DNA of 64,000 bases. Origin: Alphaproteobacteria bacterium (GTDB lineage: Bacteria > Pseudomonadota > Alphaproteobacteria > JAAXGF01). Below the pieces are notes generated by a model, which was not told the DNA's origin, searched no databases, and saw nothing but the letters and a program-made list of their open reading frames with translations. Where the stretch lies: assembly GCA_963555825.3 (NCBI GenBank), contig CAUVXB020000001.1, positions 1,120,001-1,184,000 on the forward strand. The letters are read 5' to 3'. Numbering within the stretch: position 1 is the first letter of the stretch; every line of letters begins with the position of its first letter. Positions 41,035 through 51,304 of this stretch are shown in pieces. The position numbers and the translations under genes are program-made.

Positions 41035-41976
41035 TCAGTTCGACGCCAGGTGCTTCAGTGGGTCGACCACCTTGGTGCCGCGGCGCAGCTCGAAATGCGA
41101 TTGCGGCGCGGTGACGTTGCCCGAGCTGCCGATCTTGGCGATCGTCTGGCCGCGGCGCACCGTGTCGCCGCGCCCGACCAGCAGCACGTCGTTGTGCGCA
41201 TAGGCCGTGGTCCAGCCATCGGCGTGGCGGATGAGCAACAAGTTGCCATAGCCGCGCAGTTCGTTGCCGGCGTAGGCGACGACGCCCGCCTCGGCGGCAA
41301 GCACAGGCGCGCCGCGCGGCGCCGAAATGTTGATGCCGTCGTTGTGAAAGCCGCCGCTCTTTGGACCGAACTTCGAGAGCACGGTGCCCTTGACCGGCCA
41401 CAGAAAACGCCCGCTGCTGCGCGGCGGTGGCGTCGGGATCGGCGCCGTCGGCGGCGCCTTGGCGGTGGTGTCGACCTTGGGCGCCGGCGACGGCGGCTCG
41501 ACGGCCACGGCCGCGGTCTGCATCGCAGCGGCCGAGGTGACCGGTACGTTAAGCCGCTGGCCGACCAACAGCAGATAGGGTGGTGCGAGCCGGTTAGCGC
41601 GCGCCAGCGCGTTCATGTCGATGCCGTAATTGCGCGAGATGCCATACAGCGTATCGCCGCGCACCACGGTGTGGACGCGCCCGCGCGGCAGCCTCAATAC
41701 CTGGCCGACGAGCAGCTTATAGGGCGGCTTGAGCCGGTTCATCTCGATCAACGCGCGCATCGAGACGTTGTAGCGCCGGGCGATGATGTGGACCGAATCG
41801 CCGGATTTGACGGCGATGCTCGCCGGCGCCTGCCGGACCGCGGTGATGGTCGGCTTCTCGGCGGGCGGCGGCGGCACGTCGCCCGACGCTTTATATTCGA
41901 CGGTCGCCGGCCGCTGCACGCAACCGGCGACCAGGAGGGCGAAGAGAAGCGCCCGCGCGGCAGCGCGCACGGTCAT
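41035..41976 (-). CDS. LysM/M23 lipoprotein (NlpD-like)
   Basis: LVAGC lipobox, two LysM domains, NDGINI/TAYAH/HFELR. Confidence 0.88.
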   Translation of the reverse strand: MTVRAAARALLFALLVAGCVQRPATVEYKASGDVPPPPAEKPTITAVRQAPASIAVKSGDSVHIIARRYNVSMRALIEMNRLKPPYKLLVGQVLRLPRGRVHTVVRGDTLYGISRNYGIDMNALARANRLAPPYLLLVGQRLNVPVTSAAAMQTAAVAVEPPSPAPKVDTTAKAPPTAPIPTPPPRSSGRFLWPVKGTVLSKFGPKSGGFHNDGINISAPRGAPVLAAEAGVVAYAGNELRGYGNLLLIRHADGWTTAYAHNDVLLVGRGDTVRRGQTIAKIGSSGNVTAPQSHFELRRGTKVVDPLKHLASN

Positions 41977-41979
41977 CGA

Positions 41980-42633
41980 TCACTCCACATCGTCGTCGGT
42001 GTCGCCGGCGACCAGCGGTACGAAACGCACGCCGATCAGCCGATCGAGCTCGTGGCCGTCGGCGGTGCGGCGTACGCGGACGAGTTCCTGGGCGAGCGGG
42101 TCGGGCCCGATCGGCAGCACCATGACGCCATCCTCGGCGAGCTGCTCGACCAGCGCCGGCGGCACGACGGGCGCACCCGCGGTCACCATGATGCGATCGA
42201 ACGGCGCGTGCTCGGGCCAGCCCTTCGTGCCGTCGCCATAGCGTGTCGTGATGTTGGTGACGCCCAGCTTGGCGAAGCGCATTTCGGCGTCGCGCAGGAT
42301 CGCGCGATGGCGCTCGACCGTGTAGACGCGGCGGCAGAATTGCGCCAGCACCGCCGCCTGATAGCCGGTGCCGGTGCCGATCTCGAGTACCGTCATGTCG
42401 TCGTGGACGTCGAGCATCTGGGTCATATAGGCGACCACGAAGGGTTGGCTGATGGTCTGCCCGCGGCCGATCGGCAGGGCCGAATTGTCGTAAGCGTGCT
42501 CGGCCAGCGACGGCGGCACGAAACGCTCGCGCGGCACGCGCTCGAGTGCTGCGAGCACGCGCATGTCGGTGATGCCCTCGCTGCGCAACTGCATGATCAG
42601 GCGAATCTTCTGGATGTCGAGTTCGCCGCTCAC
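41980..42633 (-). CDS. pcm: Protein-L-isoaspartate O-methyltransferase
   Basis: GQTISQP, VLEIGTGTGYQAA, VRFVPL. Confidence 0.93.
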   Translation of the reverse strand: MSGELDIQKIRLIMQLRSEGITDMRVLAALERVPRERFVPPSLAEHAYDNSALPIGRGQTISQPFVVAYMTQMLDVHDDMTVLEIGTGTGYQAAVLAQFCRRVYTVERHRAILRDAEMRFAKLGVTNITTRYGDGTKGWPEHAPFDRIMVTAGAPVVPPALVEQLAEDGVMVLPIGPDPLAQELVRVRRTADGHELDRLIGVRFVPLVAGDTDDDVE

Positions 42634-43382
42634 GCCAGCGCCTTGCGCAAGCGGGTGCTGGTCGGGCGGTGCGTCAGATCGAGCGACAGCGGCGTCACGG
42701 CGATCGAGCCGCCGACGACGACCGCCATGTCGGTGCCGGCGTCGGGCACTTCGAGGCCGCGCATGCCGCCGATCCAGTAGTAGGGCTGGCCGCGCGGGTC
42801 GAGCCGTTCGGTCAGCGCGTCGCCGAACTTGTGGCGGCCCTGGCGCGCGACAACGACGCCCTCGACCGCGCCCGCCGCGACGTCGGGAAAGTTGACGTTC
42901 ATCAACACGTTCTTGGGCCAGCCGATGTCGATCAGGCGGCGGATAAGGTCGGGCGCGTGGCGCCGGACGGTGGCCCATTTGACCCGCGCGCGATCGCCGT
43001 ATTCCTGGCTGAGCGCGATCGCCGGCACGCCCAGGATGGTCGCCTCCATGGCCGCCGCGATTGTGCCCGAATAGGTCACGTCGTCGGCGACGTTGCTGCC
43101 TCGGTTGACGCCCGACAGCACGAGATCGGGCGGCGGCCCCGGTATCAGCTTGTTGATCGCCAGCATGACGCAATCGGTTGGCGTGCCGTCGATGGCGAGG
43201 CGCTGCGAGGAGATGCGCCGCACGCGCAACGGCCGGTGCAGGGTCAGCGAATGGCCGGCGCCGCTCTGCTCGGTTTCCGGCGCGACCACCCAAACGTCGT
43301 CGGAAAGTTGCCTGGCGATGTCCTCGAGCACCTTGAGCCCGCGGGCGCGGATGCCGTCGTCGTTCGAGACCAGAATTCGCAT
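42630..43382 (-). CDS. surE: 5'/3'-nucleotidase SurE
   Basis: ILVSNDDG, GTPTDC, SGVNRGSN, YSGT. Confidence 0.95.
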   Translation of the reverse strand: MRILVSNDDGIRARGLKVLEDIARQLSDDVWVVAPETEQSGAGHSLTLHRPLRVRRISSQRLAIDGTPTDCVMLAINKLIPGPPPDLVLSGVNRGSNVADDVTYSGTIAAAMEATILGVPAIALSQEYGDRARVKWATVRRHAPDLIRRLIDIGWPKNVLMNVNFPDVAAGAVEGVVVARQGRHKFGDALTERLDPRGQPYYWIGGMRGLEVPDAGTDMAVVVGGSIAVTPLSLDLTHRPTSTRLRKALA

Positions 43383-43404
43383 GCGCGGCCGCCCTCCCGC
43401 GCGG

Positions 43405-44682
43405 TCAGTCGACCGGCTCGATACGCTCGAGCCCATCCATGTAGGGACGCAACGCCTCGGGAATGGTCACCGATCCGTCGGCCTCCTGGTAGTTCTCCAA
43501 CACCGCGATCAGCGTCCGGCCGACGGCGAGGCCCGAGCCGTTAAGCGTGTGGACGTGCCGCGTGCCCTTCTCGCCCTCGGACCGGAACCGCGCCTTCATG
43601 CGGCGCGCCTGGAAGTCGGTGCAGTTCGAGCAGCTCGAAATCTCGCGGTAGGCGTCCTGGCCGGGCAGCCAGACTTCGATGTCATAAGTCTTCTGCGCGG
43701 CGAAGCTCATGTCGCCGGCGGCGAGGACCACGACCCGGTAGGGCAGACCGAGGCGCTCGAGCACGGCCTGGGCGCATTCCGTCATGCGCTCGTGCTCGGC
43801 GTCCGAGCGGTCGGGATGCGTGACGCTGACCAACTCGACCTTGGTGAACTGGTGCTGGCGGATCATGCCGCGCGTGTCCTTGCCAGCCGCGCCGGCCTCG
43901 GAGCGGAAGCACGGCGTGAACGCGGTGTAGCGCAGCGGCAGCACGGCCGCGTCGACGATTTGGCCGGCGACCATGTTGGTCAACGCCATCTCGGCCGTCG
44001 GGATCAGCCAGTAGTCGTCGGTCGTGCGGAACAAATCATCGGCGAACTTGGGCAGGTTGCCGGTGCCGTAGGCCGCCTGCTCGCGTACCAGGAGCGGCGG
44101 GCTGGTCTCGGTGTAACCGAACTCCTTGGTGTGCATGTCGAGCATGAAGGCGGCGAGGCCGCGTTCGAGCCGCGAAAGCGCCCCGGTCAAGACGACGAAG
44201 CGCGCGCCCGACATGCGCGCCGCGGCCTCGAAGTCCATCGCACCGAGCGCCTCGCCGATGGCGACGTGGTCCTTCGGTTCGAAGTCGAACTGGCGCGGCG
44301 CGCCGTGGCGGCGCAGCTCGACCGCGTCGGCCTCCTCGACGCCCGCCGGCACCGAGCTGTCAGGAAAATTGGGCTGGGCGCCGAGCAGCTCGTCGAGCGC
44401 CTGCCCGACCTTGCGCTCGTCATCCTCGAGCGATTGGATTTCTTCCTTGAGGCCCGACATCTCGGCCAACAGCGCCGCGGCGTCCTCGCCGCGGCCCTTG
44501 GCCTGGCCGATCGCCTTCGACGCTTCGTTGCGGCGCGTCTGGAGCTCCTGCAAGCGCGTCTGAAAGTCGCGCCGGCGGTCGTCGAGCACGATCAAGTCAC
44601 CGGCCAACGGTTCGAGGCCGCGCTTGGCGCGGCCCGCATCGTACGCAACCGGATCGTCGCGGATGAGTTTAACGTCTAGCAT
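43405..44682 (-). CDS. serS: Serine-tRNA ligase
   Basis: [30 protein letters not shown]. Confidence 0.97.
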   Translation of the reverse strand: MLDVKLIRDDPVAYDAGRAKRGLEPLAGDLIVLDDRRRDFQTRLQELQTRRNEASKAIGQAKGRGEDAAALLAEMSGLKEEIQSLEDDERKVGQALDELLGAQPNFPDSSVPAGVEEADAVELRRHGAPRQFDFEPKDHVAIGEALGAMDFEAAARMSGARFVVLTGALSRLERGLAAFMLDMHTKEFGYTETSPPLLVREQAAYGTGNLPKFADDLFRTTDDYWLIPTAEMALTNMVAGQIVDAAVLPLRYTAFTPCFRSEAGAAGKDTRGMIRQHQFTKVELVSVTHPDRSDAEHERMTECAQAVLERLGLPYRVVVLAAGDMSFAAQKTYDIEVWLPGQDAYREISSCSNCTDFQARRMKARFRSEGEKGTRHVHTLNGSGLAVGRTLIAVLENYQEADGSVTIPEALRPYMDGLERIEPVD

Positions 44683-44767
44683 GGCCTACCAAGGGTGCCG
44701 GGGACGGCTTTATATACTTCGGGCGCGCCAGAGCGTCCACCGCCGCGGCGGGTCGGACCGCATGTCA

Positions 44768-45048
44768 TACCAAGGGTCAGTGATAAAGGCCCCCTAGAGA
44801 TCGCGTCCGCTTTTCGCCGGTGAGGCAAGGGAGCCGCGGGCGATGCAGCGCATCGGCTAGGCAACCTGGCGCCCTCCGGCGATAAGCGGCCGCGACCCGA
44901 AGGGCGGCTTGCCGAGGCTCTCGCCCGCTATCAGACTGGCGGACGTCGTTGCGCCCGCCTTGCGATGCGCTGCATCGCCGCGACGGGCGCGCCTAGCCGA
45001 AAACCACGGCAAGCCGTCTCTAGGGGCCTTTATCACTGATCCTTGGTA
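44768..45048. mobile_element. MITE-like element with long terminal inverted repeats
   Basis: TACCAAGGGTCAGTGATAAAGGCCCCCTAGAGA / TCTCTAGGGGCCTTTATCACTGATCCTTGGTA; no transposase. Confidence 0.75.
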
Positions 45049-45058
45049 TTAGGGAATT

Positions 45059-45919
45059 CTATCGGCCGGCGTTGAAGTCGGTCTCTTCGACGACTTCCTC
45101 GGTGCCGTCGCCGGCGTCGCTTTCCGAAGCCTCGTCGTCGTCATCGCCGGCCGCGGCATCCCGTTTGCCCTTGCGCTTCTCGACGATACGCACCGCGATG
45201 ATCGACACCTCGTAGAGCAGGATGATCGGCACCGCCAGGCTGATCTGGCTGATCGGGTCGGGCGGCGTCAGGATGGCGGCGGCGACGAAGGCCATGACGA
45301 TGGAGTATTTGCGCTTGTCGGCGAGCCCCTTCGACGACGTCAGGCCGACGCGCGCCATCAACGTCAGCAGGAGCGGCAGTTCGAAGCTGAGGCCGAAGGC
45401 GAAGATCAATTTCATGACCAACGACAGATACTCGGCGACCTTGGCCTCGAGCTGGATCGGCAGCGCGCCGTCGCCGCCCATCGTCTCGAAGCTGAGGAAG
45501 AAGGTCCAGGCCATCGGGAAGATCACGTAGTAGACCAGGGCGCCGCCGGTGAAGAACAGGACCGGCGTGAGCACCAGGAACGGCAGGAAAGCGCCTTTCT
45601 CGTTGCGGTAAAGACCCGGCGCGATGAATAACCACAGTTGCGCCGCGACGTACGGAAAGCCGATGAACAGCGCGGCGAACATCGCCACCTTGACATAAGT
45701 GAAGAAGACCTCGGTCAGGTCGGTGTAGATCAGCCGCGCGCCCTCGCGGTCGAAAACATCGGCGAGCGGCTGAACGAGGAAAATGTAAATGTCCTCGGCG
45801 ACGAAAAAGCAGGCGACGAACAGCACCAGGATGGCGACCACCGAGCGGATCAGGCGCGAGCGCAGCTCGACCAGATGTTCGAGCAGCGGCGCCTTACTGT
45901 CGTCGATATCGTTGATCAC
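45059..45919 (-). CDS. tatC: Twin-arginine translocase TatC
   Basis: EHLVELR, FIAPGLY, LTPPDPISQ. Confidence 0.95.
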   Translation of the reverse strand: MINDIDDSKAPLLEHLVELRSRLIRSVVAILVLFVACFFVAEDIYIFLVQPLADVFDREGARLIYTDLTEVFFTYVKVAMFAALFIGFPYVAAQLWLFIAPGLYRNEKGAFLPFLVLTPVLFFTGGALVYYVIFPMAWTFFLSFETMGGDGALPIQLEAKVAEYLSLVMKLIFAFGLSFELPLLLTLMARVGLTSSKGLADKRKYSIVMAFVAAAILTPPDPISQISLAVPIILLYEVSIIAVRIVEKRKGKRDAAAGDDDDEASESDAGDGTEEVVEETDFNAGR

Positions 45920-45922
45920 GGG

Positions 45923-46423
45923 CTAGCCGTTCACCTGGCTCTTGATCGGCGCGGGCTCGACCTCGTCGCTCGCCGCCACCTCGGGTTCGGCCACCTCCTC
46001 GGTCGCCGCATCTTCGGCCGGCGTCGCGTCGGGCGGCTCGGGCGCGACCTTGGCGCTCGGCGTCGGCGACGCGGACGTCGCCGCGGTTGAGACGGTCTCG
46101 TCGGCATCGGCGGCCGGCGCCTCGCCCGCATCGGCGGCGGGCGCCTCGAAGGCACGCTTGACGTCGCCCTTCGGATCGATGGCGTTCTCGATGTCTTTCT
46201 TGACGTCGAAATTGGTCGCCTTCTCGACGTCTTTCTTGACCGTGTCGAGCTCGGATTCGCGGATCATGTCGTCGAGGCTGTTCTGAAACTCGCGCGCAAT
46301 CTTGCGTGCCTTACCGGCCCATTGGCCAGCGGAGCGCAGCACGCGCGGCAGTTCCTTCGGACCAACGACGATCAAGACGATGACGCCGACGACCGCGAGT
46401 TCAGCCCAGCCGATATCAAGCAC
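45923..46423 (-). CDS. tatB: Twin-arginine translocase TatB
   Basis: DIGWAEL..VVGPKELP. Confidence 0.93.
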   Translation of the reverse strand: MLDIGWAELAVVGVIVLIVVGPKELPRVLRSAGQWAGKARKIAREFQNSLDDMIRESELDTVKKDVEKATNFDVKKDIENAIDPKGDVKRAFEAPAADAGEAPAADADETVSTAATSASPTPSAKVAPEPPDATPAEDAATEEVAEPEVAASDEVEPAPIKSQVNG

Positions 46424-46467
46424 GACCGTTCACGCCCATGCCTCTCCACCTTGTCCAACCAAGGGGA

Positions 46468-46698
46468 TTAGCCTTGGGCGGCCTCGTCTTTTTTGACCGT
46501 GGCGTCGCTGGCGGCGGCGGGGGCATCCTTGTCGATCTCCTTCGGAGATGACGTTTCAGGATCCTCCTTCATGCCGGTCTTGAACGCCTTGATACCCTTG
46601 GCGACATCGCCCATCAGACTCGGGATCTTGCCGCGCCCGAACAGCACGAGCACGATCACGAGAACGATCAGCCAGTGCCAAATACTAAACGTACCCAT
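46468..46698 (-). CDS. tatA: Twin-arginine translocase TatA
   Basis: [21 protein letters not shown]. Confidence 0.93.
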   Translation of the reverse strand: MGTFSIWHWLIVLVIVLVLFGRGKIPSLMGDVAKGIKAFKTGMKEDPETSSPKEIDKDAPAAASDATVKKDEAAQG

Positions 46699-46809
46699 CA
46701 ATCTCTCCCAACAAAGCTGGCCCGGCCCAACGAAAGCCGCGCATGATGTCAGAAAGCGCGCAGGCGCGCAATAACACCCGCTGCGCGTGAAATGGCCCTT
46801 CTCGCCCGC

Positions 46810-47850
46810 TTATTCTACCCCATCCGGCGGTGCGCAAGGAAATACGAACGTCTGGTCGCGGTCAAGCGCCACCGATATCCGCGCGCCGACCTCGGGCACG
46901 CGCGACCCCGGAAGCCGGGCGCGAAGCTCCGCGCCGCTTTCGGCGAGGCGCAGGGCGACGATGCTCGAATGGCCCAGCGGATGCACCGCGACGACGTCGG
47001 CCAGCACCGAGGATGCGCCGTCGACAACGCTGATCGCCTCGGGCCGGATCAGCACGTCGACGCGCATACCATCCGCCATGCCGCCGGCGTCGAGGTGGCC
47101 GAACGCGCTGGCGACCGCGCCGCCGGCGACGGTGCCGTGCATCCAGTTCACGTCGCTCAGGAAGGTCGCGGCGAAGGTGTTTGCCGGCGCGCGATAGACC
47201 TCGGCCGGGGCGCCCGATTGCACGATGCGGCCTTTGCGCATCAACGCGATGCGGTCGGCCATGTACATCGCTTCCTCGGGGTCGTGGGTCACGATCAGTG
47301 TCGCGATGCCGGCTTCTTGAAGCACCCGCAGCGTGACGTCGCGCACCTTGTCGCGCAGCCGGATATCGAGACCCGAGAACGGCTCATCCAGAAGCAATAG
47401 ACGCGGCTTGGGCGCCAGCGCGCGGGCCAGCGCCACGCGCTGCTGCTCGCCGCCCGACAGCGCGTGCGGGTAGCGCTCGGCGTGCCCCGCCATATCGACG
47501 CGCTCGAGCATTTCGCGGGCGGCGGCCGGCGTGCAGCCGACGCCGAAGGCGACATTCTCGGCGACCGTCAGGTGGGGGAACAACGCATAGTCCTGGAACA
47601 CCAGGCCGACGCCGCGATCCTCGGGCGGCCGCGAGATGCCGGGTCGGGCGACTTCCTCGCCGCCGATCAGGACCCGGCCCGCCTGCAGCGTCTCGAGCCC
47701 GGCGGCGACGCGCAGCACCGTCGTCTTGCCACAGCCCGACGGACCCAGCAGACAGACCAGCTCACCCTCGCCGACCGTGAGGTCGACATCCTGGACGGCG
47801 GGGTTTTCGCCGTAACTGTGGCTTACCTGCTCGAGGGTCAGGGCGTCCAT
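46810..47850 (-). CDS. Fe3+ ABC transporter ATP-binding protein (FbpC-like)
   Basis: GPSGCGKT, FQDYALFPHL, LSGGEQQR, TOBE-like tail. Confidence 0.85.
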   Translation of the reverse strand: MDALTLEQVSHSYGENPAVQDVDLTVGEGELVCLLGPSGCGKTTVLRVAAGLETLQAGRVLIGGEEVARPGISRPPEDRGVGLVFQDYALFPHLTVAENVAFGVGCTPAAAREMLERVDMAGHAERYPHALSGGEQQRVALARALAPKPRLLLLDEPFSGLDIRLRDKVRDVTLRVLQEAGIATLIVTHDPEEAMYMADRIALMRKGRIVQSGAPAEVYRAPANTFAATFLSDVNWMHGTVAGGAVASAFGHLDAGGMADGMRVDVLIRPEAISVVDGASSVLADVVAVHPLGHSSIVALRLAESGAELRARLPGSRVPEVGARISVALDRDQTFVFPCAPPDGVE

Positions 47851-47858
47851 TGTGCGCC

Positions 47859-49544
47859 TCACGTCCCCGCCAGACCCGGGCGCGAACGCGCGATCGCGAA
47901 GGTCAGCAAGATGACCGGCACGATACCGGTCCCGACGATGGCCAGCGCCGCGGGCGCCGCCTCGGCGAGCTGCTCGTCCGAGGCCAGCTCGAAGGCGCGG
48001 ACGGCGAGTGTGTTGAAATTGAACGGTCGCATGATCAGCGTCGCGGGCAGCTCCTTCATGACGTCGACGAAGACGAGCAATGCCGCGGTCATCAGGCTGC
48101 CCTTGATGATCGGCACGTGGACCCGGGCGAGCGTCGCGCCCGGCCCGTGGCCGAGCGTTCGCGAGGCGCCGTCCATTGCCGGCGTCACCTTGCCGAGGCT
48201 GGCCTCGACGGTGTTGAGCGAGACCGCCAGAAAACGCACCAGATAGGCGAACAGCAGCGCGACCAACGTGCCGCTGAGCAACAGGCCGCTCGAGACGCCA
48301 AAGCTGGCGCGCAGCCAAGCATCGAGCTGGTTGTCGAGCCACGCGAAAGGCACCAGCACGCCGACCGCAATGACCGTGCCGGGCACCGCGTAGCCGAGCC
48401 CCGCGATGCGCGCCGAGATGCCCATCAGCGGGCCGGGCTTGAGGCGCTGACCGTAGGCGATGACCAGGCCGACCGCGACGGCGAGCAGCGCCGCCGCCGC
48501 CGCCAGAAGCAGGCTGTTGGCGGCGAGCGCCAGGAAGTCGGCGTCGACCACGCGGGCCGCCGTCCGGGCCGTCCAGACGACGAGCTGGCCGGCCGGCAAC
48601 AGGAAGCCCAGGAAGATCGGCGCGAGACAGGCGAGGAACGCCAGCGCGGCCCGGCCGCCGCCGAGCGGCCAGCGCGGCAGGGTCCGATAGCGGCGCGAGG
48701 TGTGGTGGAATCGGCGGCCACCGCGCGTCGTGCGCTCGAGCAGGACCAGCGCCAGGATGAACAGCATCAGAAAGGCCGACAGCTTGGCCGCGGCGATCGC
48801 GTCGCCGAGCCCGAACCAGGTGCGGAAGATGCCCGTCGTGAAGGTGTCGACCGCCAGATGCTGGACCGCACCGAAGTCGCTCAGCGTCTCCATCAACGCG
48901 AGCGCCAGGCCGCCGGCGATCGCCGGGCGCGCCAAGGGCAGCGCGACGTCGCGGAAACAGCGCCAGGGGGTACGCCCGAGCGTCCGGCTGACCTCCATGA
49001 CGCAGACCGATTGTTCGAGAAAGGCGGCGCGCGCCAGCAGATAGACGTAGGGGTAGAAGACCATCGAAAGCACCATGACGGCGCCGCCCAGCGAGCGCAG
49101 CTCGGGGAACCAGTAATCGCCGCGCTGCCAGCCGAACAGGTCGCGCAGCCCGCTCTGCAACGGGCCGGGATAATCGAACAGGCCGCCATAGGTGAAGGCG
49201 ACGACGTAGGCCGGCACGGCGAACGGCAGCAACAGCGCCCATTCGAAGACGCGGCGCCCGGGGAACCGGCACATGGTCACCAGCCAGGCGGTGCCGACGC
49301 CGGTGACCAGCGTGACGATGCCGACACCGACCATCAGGACCAGCGAGTTGACGACGTAGTCGGGCAGTACGGTGGCGCTGAGATGCGACCAGACCTCGCC
49401 CGACGGAACGAACAGGCTCGCCAGCACGACGACGATCGGCACCGCGACGAGCGCGGCGATCGACGCGGCGGCGAGGCTCCACAGGCTCCAGCCATTGCGG
49501 CCGAGCCACCGTCGCGAACCGGTCGCAGGTATGGCGAGTGACAA
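47859..49544 (-). CDS. Fe3+ ABC transporter permease (FbpB-like)
   Basis: Duplicated permease; YPYVYLLAR, MKELPATL.MRPFNF.TLA. Confidence 0.88.
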   Translation of the reverse strand: MSLAIPATGSRRWLGRNGWSLWSLAAASIAALVAVPIVVVLASLFVPSGEVWSHLSATVLPDYVVNSLVLMVGVGIVTLVTGVGTAWLVTMCRFPGRRVFEWALLLPFAVPAYVVAFTYGGLFDYPGPLQSGLRDLFGWQRGDYWFPELRSLGGAVMVLSMVFYPYVYLLARAAFLEQSVCVMEVSRTLGRTPWRCFRDVALPLARPAIAGGLALALMETLSDFGAVQHLAVDTFTTGIFRTWFGLGDAIAAAKLSAFLMLFILALVLLERTTRGGRRFHHTSRRYRTLPRWPLGGGRAALAFLACLAPIFLGFLLPAGQLVVWTARTAARVVDADFLALAANSLLLAAAAALLAVAVGLVIAYGQRLKPGPLMGISARIAGLGYAVPGTVIAVGVLVPFAWLDNQLDAWLRASFGVSSGLLLSGTLVALLFAYLVRFLAVSLNTVEASLGKVTPAMDGASRTLGHGPGATLARVHVPIIKGSLMTAALLVFVDVMKELPATLIMRPFNFNTLAVRAFELASDEQLAEAAPAALAIVGTGIVPVILLTFAIARSRPGLAGT

Positions 49545-49658
49545 GGTCGTGGCCCGTTGCGGTGGGTGACGACGCTAGCGCGCGCGCGTCCGAAGCGCTG
49601 GCAATACACGGCTGGCCGCAGCTCGGCAAGCGGCGCCGTCGTATCGTCGAGCGTTGTT

Positions 49659-49677
49659 GCGAATGATTATCATTCTC
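49659..49677 (-). promoter_or_regulatory. Fur box upstream of the fbpBC-like genes
   Basis: GAGAATGATAATCATTCGC vs consensus GATAATGATAATCATTATC (16/19). Confidence 0.8.
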
Positions 49678-49865
49678 TCTTACCGTCAAGCGAATCTACC
49701 CGGTTGAACCACCGAGCGCAAGCGCTCCACCCGAACCACTTCACCGCTCGAACCGCCGAGCCAGGCCTCGGCCCAGCCCGAAATCTACAAAACGCTTGAG
49801 AAACGTTTGGTAAACCCTTTATTTATATCAATTATTCTGTGGGCCGGGCAACGTCCATGGCGCAA

Positions 49866-50504
49866 TCAGGCGTCGGGATCGGCCGCCTCGTCATCGGGTT
49901 CCGCTTGATCGACGGCCGCCTCCCCGCCTTCCTCCCGGGCGTCGGCCTCGCCGATATCGAAGCCGAACGAGCCCTGCCGAGCGTCCAGCAGACCGGCGGC
50001 GCGCAGCTCCCCGACACCGGGCAGATCGTCGAGCGTGTCGAGGTTGAAGTGATTGAGAAACGTGTCGGTCGTCACCCAGGTGGCCGGCCGGCCCGGCGTG
50101 CGGCGCCGGCGGCCGGGCCGCACCCAGCCGGCCTCGACCAGGATATCGAGCGTGCCGCGGCTCAGGCTGACGCCGCGCAACGCCTCGATCTCGGCGCGCG
50201 TGATCGGCTGGTGATAGGCGATGATCGCCAGCGTCTCGACCGCGGCGCGCGACAGCTTACGCTGCACGTCGACATGCTTGCGCAGATAAGGCGCCAGGTC
50301 GTCGGCCGTGCGCAGTGCCCAGCGGCCCGCCGTGCGTACCAGATTGACACCGCGTTCGGCATAATCCTCGGCGAGCTGTGCGATCAGCGCCGGCACGTCG
50401 GCGCCGTCGGGCAGACGCTCGGACAGCGTCGCCTCGTCGAGCGGCTCGATGGCCGCGAACAGGAGCGCCTCCATGAGGCGGCGATGGGTTTGCTCGTCGC
50501 TCAC
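49866..50504 (-). CDS. scpB: Segregation and condensation protein B
   Basis: LSRAAVETLAIIAYHQPITRAEIE. Confidence 0.95.
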   Translation of the reverse strand: MSDEQTHRRLMEALLFAAIEPLDEATLSERLPDGADVPALIAQLAEDYAERGVNLVRTAGRWALRTADDLAPYLRKHVDVQRKLSRAAVETLAIIAYHQPITRAEIEALRGVSLSRGTLDILVEAGWVRPGRRRRTPGRPATWVTTDTFLNHFNLDTLDDLPGVGELRAAGLLDARQGSFGFDIGEADAREEGGEAAVDQAEPDDEAADPDA

Positions 50505-51295
50505 TTTTTCTCATCCTGGGGTTTGAGATACAGGGGGGCGAAGGGTTCCGACTGGCGAATCGTCAGGCGGCCCTGGTTGACCAGCTCGAGGCTCGCCATC
50601 AGCGTCGCGGCAATCGCCGAGCGCAGCACCAACGTGTCGGAAAGCCCGGTCGGCAGGAAGCTCGCCAGCGTGCGCCAGTCCTTTACGCTGCCGAGCAAGC
50701 GCGTCAGGCGCTTCATGGCCCGGTCCATCGAGTAGAGGCCCGACGTGGTGACGGTCAGATGGCCGCCCGCCGCGCGTCGCTTCTGGTCGGCATAGGCGCT
50801 CAAAAGGTCGTGGAACTCGAGGTCGAAGACCGGGTGGCGCACGACACGGACGCCCTCGGGCGCGCCGCGTGCGAAGACGTCGCGGCCGAGCATGGGCCGC
50901 ACCATGAGTTGCGCGCCGGCCTCGCGCATGGCCTCGAGCTGACGCAGCTGCCAGGCGAGCGCGGCGGCGAGCTCCTCGCCGCTCGGTTCTTCCGGGTCCT
51001 CGGGCCCGGGCAGCAGGAGCCGCGACTTGAGGTAGGCGAGCCACGCCGCCATGACGAGGTAGTCGGCGGCGATCTCGAGGCGCAGTTCGTGGGCCTGTTC
51101 GATGAAGGCGATGTACTGGTCGACGAGCTGCAGGATCGAGATGCGCGCGAGGTCGACCTTCTGCTCGCGCGCCAGCCTCAACAGCACGTCGAGCGGCCCC
51201 TCGTAGCCGTCGAGGTCGACGACGAGCCGGCCGTCATCGGCGTCCCAGCGGGCGCCCGTCTCGCCGTCGTCGGGCTCGAACGCTTCGGTCGTCAA
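50501..51295 (-). CDS. scpA: Segregation and condensation protein A
   Basis: YEGPLDVLL, AADYLVMAAWLAYLKSRLLLP. Confidence 0.95.
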   Translation of the reverse strand: MTTEAFEPDDGETGARWDADDGRLVVDLDGYEGPLDVLLRLAREQKVDLARISILQLVDQYIAFIEQAHELRLEIAADYLVMAAWLAYLKSRLLLPGPEDPEEPSGEELAAALAWQLRQLEAMREAGAQLMVRPMLGRDVFARGAPEGVRVVRHPVFDLEFHDLLSAYADQKRRAAGGHLTVTTSGLYSMDRAMKRLTRLLGSVKDWRTLASFLPTGLSDTLVLRSAIAATLMASLELVNQGRLTIRQSEPFAPLYLKPQDEKK

Positions 51296-51304
51296 TCCAC
51301 TCTC

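Noticed and set aside
46810-49689. 959-aa ORF as a fused protein
   Set aside because: Only the last 346 aa are the ATPase; the rest is an alternate frame of the permease
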